This document shows positions 1 to 13,276 of a stretch of 64,000 nucleotides of DNA, in pieces. The notes under the pieces are model-generated. The model had not been told where the DNA came from. It did not search any database and was given only the letters and a program-made list of their open reading frames with translations. The first letter of the stretch is position 1. Each line of letters starts with the position of its first letter. This DNA comes from Lingula anatina (Eukaryota > Animalia > Brachiopoda), in the NCBI GenBank assembly GCA_051362555.1, contig CM120646.1:11160001-11224000 (forward strand), given 5' to 3'. The translations under genes and the position numbers were made by a program.

Positions 1-1648
1 AATATCAGAAATCAATATGAACACATGCATAAGAATGAAGTGACATGTGTTAATCAATGGGTCATTATACAAATGAAAGCAAAACAATTCATTAACAAGT
101 AAGGATGTATATAATGCAAGACTTGAGCATTTTCATTGGATTTTCTCAGATCTGAAAAGCTTGTTTGGTTTGTGTTGGGAAACCAATACCAGGTGAATTC
201 AGACATTGACTTTCTTGGGTTTGTTGTTTATCTAGTGAATTTGGCACACGGAGAGTAAAAATGGAGGGTGCATTCAAGTGCAGTTTATCACGAATACATT
301 GTAAACTGCCCTTGAATTTCACTCAACATACAGAGTATTGAATGCTTTTTCTTATGGCCACATACTCCTAAGTGAATGAAGTTGATTGCAATATGTTGTA
401 GTCAATATATAGGCCTTGCTATGGACTTTGTGAAGTGTGACATGACCTCAGTTATGTTCTATGGATGGTTGTCACTGATACAAGATCCCTTCAAAACATG
501 CCTGAATGGTGGAAAAACCATTGCTTGACTCTAGCTTGGTCCATCTTTAGTTTTATCCAATTATTGTGTACATTATACTGTATAAACATAACTGATTCAA
601 GACCATATAAAATCCAACCAGAATGTCAATTCACGTGAATGTGCGTAGAACTGCATTGTCGATACCGAGTGGCCGCGGTTCTAGATTACCACTGAAGTAT
701 TGACGTATGAACACTTTGTAATTCGTACTCACCCCTTGTGCCTCACTGTGGGACTAACTAAGTAAGTAGCTTTTATTAACAACAAAAGGAGGATTTTACG
801 GAAATAATCGGATCAGGTTTCCTCGTTAAGACCTGATTACATGTGTAGTAGACAGTGAGAACTTGTTACTGTGGCAGTGCCACTCTTATCATGACAGGGT
901 TGATGGCATGAGCTTCATGTGTGATATGCCTGTGCTTCAAACTCAGGTTAGCAAGGAGAAAGTAAGTGGAGAGTTCCATGGTTACGTTGGTTTAATGGTT
1001 ACCCTTTTCAAAGTACAGATCTGTTGTTATTTATGAAATTATCTGTGGAATGACACTTGAAAAACAGAGGGCATTGGTGGCGAGAAAGGCAGTTTGGTGG
1101 TCAATACATAGGATGTGTGTGATGTATAAAGTTGGCAGCCCTATAAGGTAACCTCTCCACTGACCCTGTACATGTAGGAGCTGGTATTTTAGCTATATTT
1201 GTATTGATTAAGATGAGGAAGTATCATTTTAGGGGTTGATCCATCATACCACTTGGGGTTGCATCTTGCCCATCATGATTTCATGCTCATGTTCAGTTTG
1301 ATTCAAATATTTTTATTAATACTTATATTTGTTGTTTGCATGGTTTTCTGGATTATTCCAGATTTTCAGTCTTGACTTTGATCGTTTTCAGTCGTCATTT
1401 TGATCACCCACTAGCCCCTATTTACATTTTCAGGATTGTCAGTTTTTACAACTTTCACCCATGTCGGTTGTCACAAAAACTTGGATTTAGCTATTGGGTT
1501 TTGACCTGTGTATTGAACAAGGTCCTTGTGCAAATTGACATTGAATCAACCAGGCCTGTTTACTTCTGATCAATAACCTTTTTTAAACAAAAAACACCGA
1601 GCTGTGGCCACTATAATTTGGTAAGCCATGTACCTTTTCTCCACCCAG

Positions 1649-2931
1649 ACTGACAATCCAGAGGACTTAATGGGGAAGATTTCCCCAACTGATGCTGTCT
1701 CTATGACAACCACAAGTAATGAGGATCTATATGACCACCTTGCGCCACCCTCACAGAATGGCCTGATTAACCTGGGGATGGTGAAGGCCGCGTCCTTCGA
1801 TAACCCGGACATGCCCACTGACTTTTCTGACGACTCTGAGGAAACGGAAGGTATGTGTCAGTAAAAGTATGAAATGGTTTGTTTAAGCCTAGATTACATT
1901 TGAAATGCAATGCCTGTACGGTACACTTATATTGCCCGTGATACCCTTTTTGTACAGCGTTTGAGCGGAGGTAGATGGTGGCCATGTGAAATCCCAGGGA
2001 ATCGTAAGGATTTAAGGCCGTGTAATGTAGACATACTCGGCGTAGCCCGTAGCTCCTTACAATTTAAAAAAAAAACATATGGACAATTTCATGGCATGGC
2101 GCTCGTGTAAATGTAATCTAGGCTTTAGAGATGACACATCAAGCCATACTGTAGACTTTGGCAAAAAAAAAAAAAAAAAATAGACAAGGTCTTTATACAT
2201 GTGCAATGATATTGTCAGTAGAAGCAAAGAGAAATCAGGTGGAAGTGAAGTGACCACTGGCACCTACAGTATTTCCTTGGTTTCCAGGGGATGTGGTGTG
2301 TACATGTAGTGAACACAGGGGGATGAAAATCATAGATGAAGTCTACAACATCTCTGTAGACCAAATGTATGAGATGCTGTTTACAGACTCCAAGTTCTTC
2401 AGAGATCTTCTAGACAGGCGGAAAACATTTGGTAAGCTGATAAGGAAAGTTTCACGATGGGCTGCCCTAACTTGAATGAAAACTGGACTAGGGATTCAAG
2501 TTCTTGTTTGTTTCAAATTACACATCTTTCTGATTTAGTTTTTCAGAGGTAAATCTGTCTTTTACATAAATAAATTTTGTCTAAGGACAGAGATTAGATA
2601 TGTATCTAATACGTGCAGTAAGGCAGTGTGTATTATGTATCTCTGTAATTGCAGTGTTTGAACAGATTAATTTGTCAACAGAAATGTAACATCTAAATGT
2701 GAGAATATCTAAGTAGACGTTTATGATGCATAATTGATTGTGACATCCTGATATCCAGATTTGGTGCTCACGCCGTGGCCAGATGATGCAGATAGAGATG
2801 GTACAAAGATGAGGATGATTTCCTACACCTTAACCCTCAATGCTGCCTTTGGGCCCAAAACCTCCCCAGCCACAGAAAAACAGGTAAATTGTGTAACAAA
2901 ATGACCCGTGTTTCTGTCTGGAAATAGTAAT

Positions 2932-2974
<43 letters not shown>

Positions 2975-4754
2975 TTTTGATACACTGTCGCTGCCAGGGA
3001 TATGGTAAGAGTTTTTAAAAAAGAAAAATGTAAGAGCACCCAAGACTGTCAATTTATATATGTAATGTCTAAATATCTCAGTCAGTTTCAGATTGATGAG
3101 GTATTTCATAATAGGCTTAAATCCGATTTTGCTGAGTCATCTGTTACTTAACTCTCACATGTAGCTGTATTCAACAATTATTTCTTTGTTATTTTGTTTA
3201 AAGGGCTTTATACATGAAAATCACTTGCAGCTCATTTTGGCTGCCTTATGATCTTATTTACAATGGAAATAATTTCTGTTAAATTAAAAGTATTTTAAGT
3301 AAAACAAACTAATTTAAAGAAAAAATATATGACATGTGTGCTGCATATAACAAACATTTTGGGTCTGTTTTTCCCAAGGGAGCTGCTATATTTAAAAAAG
3401 CACTCTCCTAGCTTCAAGACACATGTGCCCGGCTTGTTACACTGACAATGATTGAATTTTGCTGCAGTAACTGAATTACAGAATTAGTATTATATGACTT
3501 ATCAGCTTTCTTTGCTTGAATCGTAGTCATCATCATGAATCCTGTGGCTACGTAATTACCTCATCACTCTTGCTAAAATATCACATGTAATAAGCTTGAA
3601 TAAGAATAATTTTTACATTAGGCCCCATATTTCATGGTAGTGATAGTTGGTTTAGAAATAGTCCATTGTACTGATATATTGTAAACGAAACAGGATTATT
3701 GATTATGATACTTTTGGAATCTGCCTTAAGCCCAAACACAGTTCTTATTATTACCCCTTTGTGTCCCTATTTCTTATTCCTACTTCTATTAGTCTAGATA
3801 CTTTAAGCTTCTTCCGGTCATATATTAATTTTTTCATTATGTGAGTTCATATTATTACCCCTTTGTGTCCCCTGCAATACATGCAGTTATTTTTTCCTAC
3901 TTCATTTAGTTTAGATACTGTAAGCTACTTCCTGTCATATATAATTTTTTTCATTTTATGAGATTTGTTTTTGTTTTTTTTTATTGTCATGCAAAATGGC
4001 ATGTTGAATGTATAAGAAAGCTGTTTACATCCAGAGCATAATGGGTTCATAAGCCAGTTTCATAACTTTAAAATTGCATGTACAGTAACATGATATTGAA
4101 TGCAAAGTTTCTAATTGTGTCCTTGAAGACGGGAAAAACAGGATGAGAGTATTACATTATAAAGAAAAACATGATGATGGTGCAAGTATAACTTAATGAT
4201 TATGAAAGAAAGAGGGTATTGTATGTGAAGCTTAAGTAATGTTTAAATCATGCAACAATTTTGAATTTTTTTTTTTTGTTCCAGCTGTGGCTTCCAGAGA
4301 GTCGTCCAGGTGCCATGTATCGTATAGAGTGTGAGTGTATCAACAGTGCCATTCCCTATGGTGACAGTTTCTATGTAGTCAACCAATACTGTATCACCCG
4401 TGTTCACCCCCACCGCTGCCGACTGCTGGTCCATAGTGAGATACGGTATAGGAAGAATGTGTGGGGGCTGGTCAAGAGTAAGTCTTAGTGTGCTACATCC
4501 CAGCTACTCAGAATTCTCAGTGATGCTATGGTATATACAGGGCTTAAGTCCTAAATATAATCTTTGTGTAAATGTAATCTCTCTCTGGCCATATTCAGAA
4601 CAGTGGACTTACTAGTCTGGGGGTCAAATATGGCAACCCACTACAAAGCTTGCTGCTAATAGACACTGAATAGATTCCCCCTGGGATAGTATTCAAGTGG
4701 GTTGGCCATATATGACCCTCGGGCTAGTTATTCCACTGTTTTGAATGAGGCCAA

Positions 4755-4803
<49 letters not shown>

Positions 4804-7800
4804 GTGTGTTTGTGATCCTTATATCTTGTTAATCACTATTACAGAAGCATAATAGAAAAGAAATGAGAGTACCTTTTTTTTTTACCAAAATACAGAACCA
4901 CACTGTAATATTGACTTAAGGCATTGATATTTTAACATCAGCCAGTCAATACAAGATCATTTTATTTTCTCAGAGGAACTATCATTAGGGTAAATCACAA
5001 AATATGCCAATTACAGGAATTGAGTGTTTCTTTCTATTTCTAGATATAATTGACAAGAATTGCACTGCTGGGATCAAAGACTACTTTAAAACACTCGGTA
5101 AGATAAATAATTGCCTATAAGAACTCTGTGTAAATTAACAACATTGTCATGTAAATCCCTCTTTTAGTTCAAAATTTTTAGTGTATGTACATGCTGTCAT
5201 ATTTTTTTTATTTTCATAAATGAGTGGAAATTCATGCTGGTTGAAACTCTCATTTGTGATTCTATTTTATGAATATTTATTCTTTTGAGACCAAAATTGT
5301 CACAAGTTGTATGTTTATGTTTGAAGGGAGCACGCTTTGATATACTAAATAAAGCTAGAATTAACTATGATCAGATTGATTGGGAATATTATTTTTCAAA
5401 AGAAAAATCTTTTTCCAGTTACTTCTAGTATTTAGTACACCATATACATTTTGCTTCATTTTAGCTTTCAGTTGTGTCCAAATTAAGTGTGCGATTTTGT
5501 CATGACATTAAAAAGAGAAATTATTCATAAGTCATATTGTTCTGAACTTTCTGTTCTTTGCCCACAAACAGTCCAGTGCCTGAGGGAAGAATCAGAAAGG
5601 CCCGGTGCACCGTTTAACATAGAACCTACGCCATCCAAGAAGAGAGTGAGGCGGCGGCGACGTGCGCACAGTCGAGCCTCAGAGGTCCCTGCAGCGACAT
5701 CTACAGTTGAGACCAATCACATCACAGTTCCAAGTCCTGTCTCAGGTTAGTGATGCTGTAGCTTAAATGCAATTAAAAAAGATGTTTCCTGTGTGTGAGA
5801 TGATGAATTTGGTTAAGGTGTGGCTCTTTAGTAGGCACATATTCTTGTTTTGAGTGCTGTCTGTTATGTGAACACTGACCCTGTGTTTAATATCAGTAAA
5901 ATTGTGTAAATTTGTTTTGTTTGCTGGCCATATCTTCCGTGTTGGCCCGGAAGATTCATAGACCCTGATGGTCACTAGGTTATAATACAAGTTTTTGGCA
6001 CGTTTTCATGTTAAAGAAATCTTAGTCACTGTCTAAGTACCATATTGTGGGATAATATATTGATTATTGCCTGCTGTTAATAATATGTACATGTGATGCT
6101 TAATTCTCAGCTGCTGGTAAAGCATAAATTCAGGTTTTAAGTTTTCTTCATCATTACCATTCAGTTACGATAATCTTGTTTAATAAAGACTTACACCCTG
6201 GTTTGAAAATAATATAAGCAGATATCAGGTTGCTCAGTTAAGTCACAGTGAACTGTGTTTCACGTTTAATTTGGTGAGTTTAAGACTGTGTTCCCATGCC
6301 TAGATCGATCTAACTGGATCGACCCATCTCCAAGGGGTTTCTCGCTAAATTGCTCTTAGCTTAAGCCGCTTAGATATCTGGTGCGCCTACTGAAGCCACT
6401 AAACAATAGTTAATTACCCTTTAGCAGCTTCAGTGGGCGTGTGAGACATCTAATCTGCTTAAGTTGATAACAATTTAGCGAGAATCCCCTTGGAGGTAGA
6501 TCGATCCAAAATCAGCACTGTAGGCTCTGGGAATGGTCTCTTAAACACAGCCAAAATTTGTACATGTATGAATGTTTCTCTATATGTCTCTTTTATCTGA
6601 TAAAGCATTTCATGTTAAGTAAGAATTTACTTACTGTCAGTTTGACTTATTTAAGTAGAACCTAGCCCAGGTGCAAACATGTATTAGTTTGCTTTTTACT
6701 GCTTTTATTTATCTGAGATAGCTTATCACGCTTGGTAAAATTTGCGTGCAGTTAGATTATTCCAGGGTTTACTGCTAGTCATAAGATTTACAATTGGATA
6801 TTTTGAACACGTCACCATTTAAGATATAACGTGATATGGATAGATATCTCTTCACTGAGGTTAAGAGATTGAAAGCCTTGATATAGCATTTACTGGTGTA
6901 TTGATTATTAGCAAAGGAAACTTTCACTGAGGAGGGAGGTGGCCAATTGATGGTTACAAGAAGATGGTTTCCTTCTATCAACTTCCAGTCTGAAGGGAAA
7001 CAGGACTTAAATTGATATTGTTGTTTAAACTATGGAGAATCACAGTGGTTTGATATATTTATACTATCCAATTTGTACTAGATTTATTGAATTGTTTTTT
7101 GATGTATTTTACTTGTTAGTTATCAATCTAAAATATATAGTTTGGTTGTCAGGGAGTGGTTTTTGCTTTGATGTTCAAAGAGATGTGACATTGTTTGACT
7201 TTGATCTACAAACAGTAGTGAGTTAAGATAATTTTACACTCTATTAAAACAAGATTGATAAATTGTAATATTATCCAAAACATATACTGTCTCAACTCTC
7301 GTAAAATCAAGTGAGATATTGCAGGATTTGAAAGGGGGGGGGGGGCAGAACAAACGTCAGACTAGGGGATATAATTTATAATAAACTAGGAAATAAATAA
7401 ACACAGTCAGAAATGAATGAAAGCTGACAATTTATCCATGATGGATATACAATATTATGGCATATTATGTTTGTTTTCTCTCAAGTTCTCTTGAATAACA
7501 ACACTACAAATTCTTAATGTTTTGCATGTCACTTATGTATTGCTTTCTAACTACATTCCCAGTATAGTAAATAGAATTTCACCTTCATCACTGAAGAGTT
7601 TTATACAGATTTTCAGACTATTTCAAGTTGTGTATGCACCACAGTGTTGACAGCTTCATTTTAGGCTACCAAGGATGATTTCCTTTAATGGAGTTATTTT
7701 ATTTATTTATTTATTTATTTATTTTTTATTTTTTTGCTGATGTTGATCAGTTTTTAAACCTATAAACAATGTATATGTAAATATAAATTTTACCAGTTAA

Positions 7801-9462
7801 TTATCTTGTTCCAGCTCCAGGGACAGACCTGGACAAGTTCATGAAGACAGATGTGGAATCCATGGTCAAGTTACTGGCTGTGGTGTAAGTACATTATGGC
7901 ATTTGTAGTACTCTTAATACAAGCAAAACCAATTGGTCAAATTTCTGAAACTGTGTTTTATTTATAAGAGGATTACAAATTGAGAATTCTGAAAGCACAA
8001 TTTTGGTTGAAATTGTTAAATATTGGATAAAGGGTGGATACATAACAAAATATGATACCATACCATGCCATGCCATGCCATACCATAAATCAGTTGTGGT
8101 GTATATCATAACTGTGTATTACAGGTTATCAGTACTGTTGCTGTTCAATGCCATGTTATTCTACAAGATGTGGACTCTAGAGGGGGTGGCCTCCAACCTG
8201 TATATTGGGGACACGGAGGAAGAGCTGGCACACCTCAGGTAGGCATAGAGATTTTTTTCTGACTTTAGTGGTGCAACTCTGGAAATTAGCACCAGTGGAA
8301 ATTGCAGAATATTTAATTTTATAGTATGTTGCCACATGAGCTAAAAGGTTGATTTTAAAAAACTCAGTGGTGCTCCCTTCCCTTGTGCAGAGCAGGTGCC
8401 CTACCTACAGTGTGTAACATGTGACACTTTGTTTTGCAGTTACCTATATTTAGTTGCTTTTTCATTGTTCTATATATTACACTTATTTAACAAAGACATT
8501 TTTTCACAATCTAGCAGTTATCCGAAGTCACAAGAACAGTGGGTGAAACTGTTACGTCAGCAACAGCACTTACATGACGCGGAGATAGACAAATGGAAGT
8601 CCATACTGGACACTTCTGTCTTATTACTGGGAGAGGTGAGCTACAGTATCATACAAGAAGTTGGTTTATACATCGCACGCGCACACACACACACACACAC
8701 ACACACATTTTGACACAAGGTGACACTAGTGGGCTTGATTTGGTCTTAAAATGCAATTTAAGAACACAAATAGTCTTACAGATCTTAAAACATGAGTAAG
8801 ACCATTTCTAGTCTGACAGCCAATTAAGTTGTCTCCCCTTACACATTCTCCTATTGTGAGCAAAGGTGTCCTCTATTGTGAGGGGAGGTATCCCCATTGT
8901 GAGGGGAGGAAACTGCTTGACCACTTAAGTAGATGTTAGATCATTTTTGATCTTAAAAGCAGATTCAGTCCATTTTAAGACTACTGCTGTAATGATTAAG
9001 ATCGTGTAAGATCACTTGTGAACTTAAATTGCACTTTAAGACCAAATCTAGCCCACTAGTGTGAGTCACAAGTTGGTGCAGTTCTGCTGACATAACTAAG
9101 TACCCTTCTTTCTTGCAAACAGTGCTTAATTATAACTGTGTCCAACTCTGCAGCTAAACTTGTGTGGTTGTGGAGTTACTCATAGAAGTTTTCTAGTGTT
9201 TTTATTTTCATGAAAGGACAAAAGTATTTTATATCTTCAATAATGTCATGAGATGTAAGTAACAAAAAACATTTTAAAATCAACCTTTAAATCTTGAACT
9301 ATTTTCATTTTGATTGATAAACACAATCACTGGAACAATGTGCAGTTCAAAAAGATTCTCAGAATGACCTTTTTTTTCTCTTCATAGATGAAAAGCAACT
9401 TAGAAGTCCTGCAGCAGAGCCTATCAGCAAGGTACAGTTCCAAAGTGGATCAGCCAGCATGA
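1649..9462 (+). CDS. GRAMD1B: GRAMD1/Aster-family sterol transport protein, 3' portion (VASt/StART-like domain, TM helix, C-terminal helix); 5' exons lie upstream of the window
   Basis: Phase-consistent GT-AG exons: 1649-1850, 2288-2431, 2759-2883, 4285-4477, 5044-5097, 5572-5745, 7815-7884, 8125-8238, 8515(or 8518)-8635, 9388-9462 (TGA). Peptides ISVDQMYEMLFTDSKFF, ISYTLTLNAAFGPKTS, IPYGDSFYVVNQYCITR, YRKNVWGLVK, LLLFNAMLFYKMWTLE and PKSQEQWVKLLRQQQHLH resemble Aster/GRAMD1. The B paralogue label is nominal. Confidence 0.9.
2929..2978. repeat. (ATTT)n microsatellite
   Basis: Direct reading of the sequence; intronic. Confidence 0.9.
3746..3965. repeat. Imperfect tandem duplication, two units of about 105-115 bp
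   Basis: Both units begin TATTATTACCCCTTTGTGTCCC and contain TTCCTACTTC...TAGATACT.TAAGCT.CTTCC.GTCATATAT. Confidence 0.8.
4586..4753. mobile_element. Degenerate fold-back element / MITE with inverted arms of about 57 bp and GGCC termini
   Basis: Left arm TGGCCATATTCAGAACAGTGGACTTACTAGTCTGGGGGTCAAATATGGCAACCCACT; reverse complement of right arm TGGCCTCATTCAAAACAGTGGAATAACTAGCCCGAGGGTCATATATGGCCAACCCACT. No clear TSD. Confidence 0.65.
4758..4798. repeat. (CT)n microsatellite
   Basis: Direct reading of the sequence. Confidence 0.9.
6284..6540. mobile_element. Palindromic MITE flanked by TTAA (Kolobok-like termini, tentative)
   Basis: Imperfect inverted arms of about 120 bp, e.g. CTCCAAGGGGTTTCTCGCTAAATTG vs CAATTTAGCGAGAATCCCCTTGGAG. 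TTAA at 6280-6283 and 6541-6544; termini GA...TC. Confidence 0.7.
8724..9061. mobile_element. 338-bp non-autonomous DNA transposon (MITE), CACTA termini, copy 1
   Basis: TIRs of about 45 bp (CACTAGTGGGCTTGATTTGGTCTTAAA... / ...TTTAAGACCAAATCTAGCCCACTAGTG); 3-bp TSD TGA (8721-8723, 9062-9064). A second copy lies inverted at 18509-18846. Confidence 0.9.
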
Positions 9463-12417
9463 GATGTCTTTTCCTATTGAATAGTTGAGCAAAAGGTGAT
9501 CAAAGCGAACCAATAGTATTTGTCGTCTCGGCACATGCATGGATCTCAAGTGGCTGGACCAAAATTGGGTCCCATGCAAGCAACCTTAAAAAATACAGCA
9601 AGTTCTGAAGAAAATTTTGAAGACCCTACACTATATAGATGAAAAATAGGAACCATCAGCCTCTTTTCTAACACTGGCACCGTTTTCACGTTTAGATAGT
9701 AATGTCAACACCTAAAAGGAAAAGGAAAATAGACATATTTGATCTCCTAATGCACTGAAGGTGGAAGGATTTAAAGTGATGTTAAACATCATTCCTCATA
9801 CCGGTATGTGTAAAGCTTCAGTGCCCCATGAAGTGTTCAAGTGATGTTTGTGATGTCCCATATCAAGAAGTTCAGTTTTTGAGGATGAGATATTTACTCA
9901 TATTATAAGATAGGAAATGCAAAATGTGCCGCATTGGCCCTGACATGGGGATGTGGGGGAAAAAGTGAACGAATGAAGAGTAGTGAAAATGAGTATAAAA
10001 ACTGTGCATTAGTCTCTTATTTATTGAATACTATAATATAAAGAGTCATTGTGATATAGCACCTGATATAAAACGATCAAGTTTAAATGTGTTAGTGTAA
10101 TGTACAATGCACTGTTCCCAGTTGTTGTCAATGACATTAATGAGTAGGTAGACTGGGATTCGAAGGGCATTATGTCCAAGTTAAAAAAAGTCCTGCCAGC
10201 AGGAGCAACAAAGGGCTGATAAGGATATTTTTTCAGCTAATAAGCTTCAAGAAATCCATTCTCTGTCAGCATCCCTAGTAGATGGGTTACTTGTACTGCA
10301 ATTTATCTATTGCCTGAAAGGAAAGGTCTTGTTAGTTCTAGATTTATTGTGTTATAAAAAAACTTACATTATTGGCTTGAAATGGGATTTATTAATCCAG
10401 CTAGCATCATTGTGATGTAAACTGATAGTTTACCATGTGTAGCTGAGGAGGATGCCACATATAAGAAATACTAAGGAAAAGGAAAAGAAAAAAGTTCAAA
10501 TCCTGCCTAAAAATAGTCCTATGTCCATCAGGAGGAGGCTTGTGTCTTAATATACTAGAAATCACAAGACGTCCAAGCGTGTTGAGGTGTTATAGATTTG
10601 AATATAGAATCTTACATAGATCCAAAGATGTAATGGCATGATTATTTAGCCAACTGAAGAAATTGTGTGAAACATCTGAAGTTAATGCTTTCGGTCCACT
10701 CTGAAGAAAAGTTTGATCTGGGCTCTATGAGTAGAAAAAGAACCCCACTTGGAAACTGTTGGCTATGCATCTTGAGATGTTTGTAAGGTACCTGTCCATT
10801 AGTGTTGCAAATATAAACCTGTATAATCATGCTGTCTTTAATGAGCATGAAGTTAAGGAATAGGCAGGGCATTCTACTCAACATGCTAATTAAGATGTCT
10901 CTCTTTCTTTCTGTCTCAGAATGTCTAAAATTTAGATATTTGCAGTCAAACTTGATGAACTTGATTTTTTTTTTTTTTTTTTGTGATCTCGAGCCCTTTG
11001 CCATGTCATCTTCTATTTGATGTTTATATTAATAAGAAGAATTGTAGCTGGCCAAAACTGTAGAATGTCAATAAGATGTGGAAACTTGAACTGTCCAGGC
11101 AGGTTATAAGCAAATCGCACCAAAATTAAAATAAAAGTTGGTATATATAGGATACATTACTTTTCTTTCAGATTCTCTTCAAAATGACATGCCCACCACA
11201 ATTGTTAAATGAAAACATCTTGTAAACATATAAACAATGTGGCACAATCATAAGTATGAAAATCAGTATTGAGATAACATGAAGATATATGTAGATAATC
11301 ATAAAGATATGTTATATACTGTTTATGTAGTTGGCAATTGCTGAATAGAATATTCCATTTAAAATGTATTATATTATAAAATTGTACTCTTACAGAGGGA
11401 TGCATGACAAAATGCTGGTTTTATGTTGGATAAGAACTGAAGTTTTTTCTCGAGTATGATTTCCAACCTTTTGCTGCAGTTGAGCTGTCATTCAGAAGAC
11501 AAAGAAATTAAAATATTTAACTTGTAAATAGTTCCAATGAAAAAACGATCAACTTTGTAAAAAAACGGTAAAGTTTAATTTATTGTAGTTGCATTTTTTT
11601 TTCACTATATCAGTATCAACAACCAGTTGCAGAAGGTACAACTTTCAGTGTCTGTTGTTACAGTAGCTCTTATTGGTTGTGAACACGAGATTGTTATAAG
11701 GATGAGTGCATGAAAACTGAATGCCATTTCAAAATGGGTCAGACTCAAGAAAATAAAGAAATATTTAATAACTACATTCGTGTCTAGTTCTGTTTTTAAG
11801 GGAAAACTTTGTAGTGAAAATGCCTGTAGAGTTGGTTATGATCTTTAGAAATTGATGTTACATCTTAAAATCTAGTTTTACAAGTGTGGATTATGTTGTA
11901 ACATGTAAAAAAGACATAGTTTGTGAACACTTTTATTATGCACACACACATAATGTCTCAAAAGACATAGCCATTAACTGCTTTTCCTTTGCCATTGGTG
12001 TCACCCTGCACTTTACTAGATTTTTTGCTCATATTACTTTAATTACTGGTCATTAGTTTAATATTCTTATATTATTTTTACACAACTACTCCTAAATGTA
12101 CACCCAGCGATACACATCTGATAACCTTTCTAGTTCTGTATCACAAACTTGAAATGTGCATGCTTCATAATCTCATACACCTTTTACTTTGGCCATTGAT
12201 GCCATAGAATTTGGGCCCCCTTTTGAAACCTGCCCCATGCTCTGCCCCACACTGAGAAAAGTCGGACACCCTCGGTTTATAAATTAAATGTCACGGGGTG
12301 GGTTTTTACATACACATCCTGCAATCAAACAAAACTCCGACCAGTGTCAGTTTGGGTCCTCTAACAGTCCTTTCTTCAGCCCTTTTCCTGATCATGTTAT
12401 CCATCAGCTTTCTAATC

Positions 12418-13245
12418 TCAGTTATATGAGTTCGTATATGTTCCCTGGGAAAGCCCCAGGTAAACCTGGAGGGCAATTACTCCTACACAGGACGTGAAAA
12501 GCACCTTGGCCAGAAGTAGAGTCCATGACCCCAGTCCAACAGCATGGATAAGTATCCTACAATTGATAAAAATACTATATGAATATCTACTGCTGCTATT
12601 CCGTATCTCTCAAAAGAGACAAATAAATGTAATTCTTCACATGAATGTATCTTTGACCATTGTGGGACAATAACTATTTCATATCCGACTTCTCATTACT
12701 TTTGTTACCTGTTTGACAAAAATAAAATCCGAATTTGGAAGACAGTGTTTTTACTCCATCGCCAGTTGGGTTTCTATTTTCTGCCAAAAAAATAACCTGA
12801 CACTTTCATTAGAATATACTTTAAGTAGATGATACATATGAGATTAAAACCCAAGCTTTACACTTACTCAACAATCAGTGGCTTATAACAACTCAGTGCC
12901 AGTAAAAGCATCACCACAGGAACATGAGCTTTGTTGAGATCATTTCTACTGTACAGCCACACCAGAGCAGCAGTGGTAATATGCTGAACCTGGAGAGAAA
13001 GGAAGGGAACTTTATGACAATATGGCAACTAAAAGAGCAACAGAAATACATCAGTACTAATATGTGTAAACAGTTCTTTGTGAAGTTTGAATATTTTATA
13101 GAGGACTGTATCCACGATAATACAGTGCATGTCAAGAAAAACAGAAATAAGAAAATATCAAATATTTGTTAAAATATATCTTCAGTGTCTACTAGGTCTG
13201 TAAGAAGAGGTTGAAAAGTGACAAAGTAAAGCAACTCCTGTGTGT

Positions 13246-13276
<31 letters not shown>

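Noticed and set aside
649-760. CpG-rich segment flanked by AG and GTAAGT in the GRAMD1 intron
   Set aside because: Stop codons in all three frames; cannot be supported as a coding exon.
7812-8517. Tandem acceptors in GRAMD1 (CAGCTCCAG at 7812, TAGCAG at 8512)
   Set aside because: Common motifs that change only 1-2 residues.
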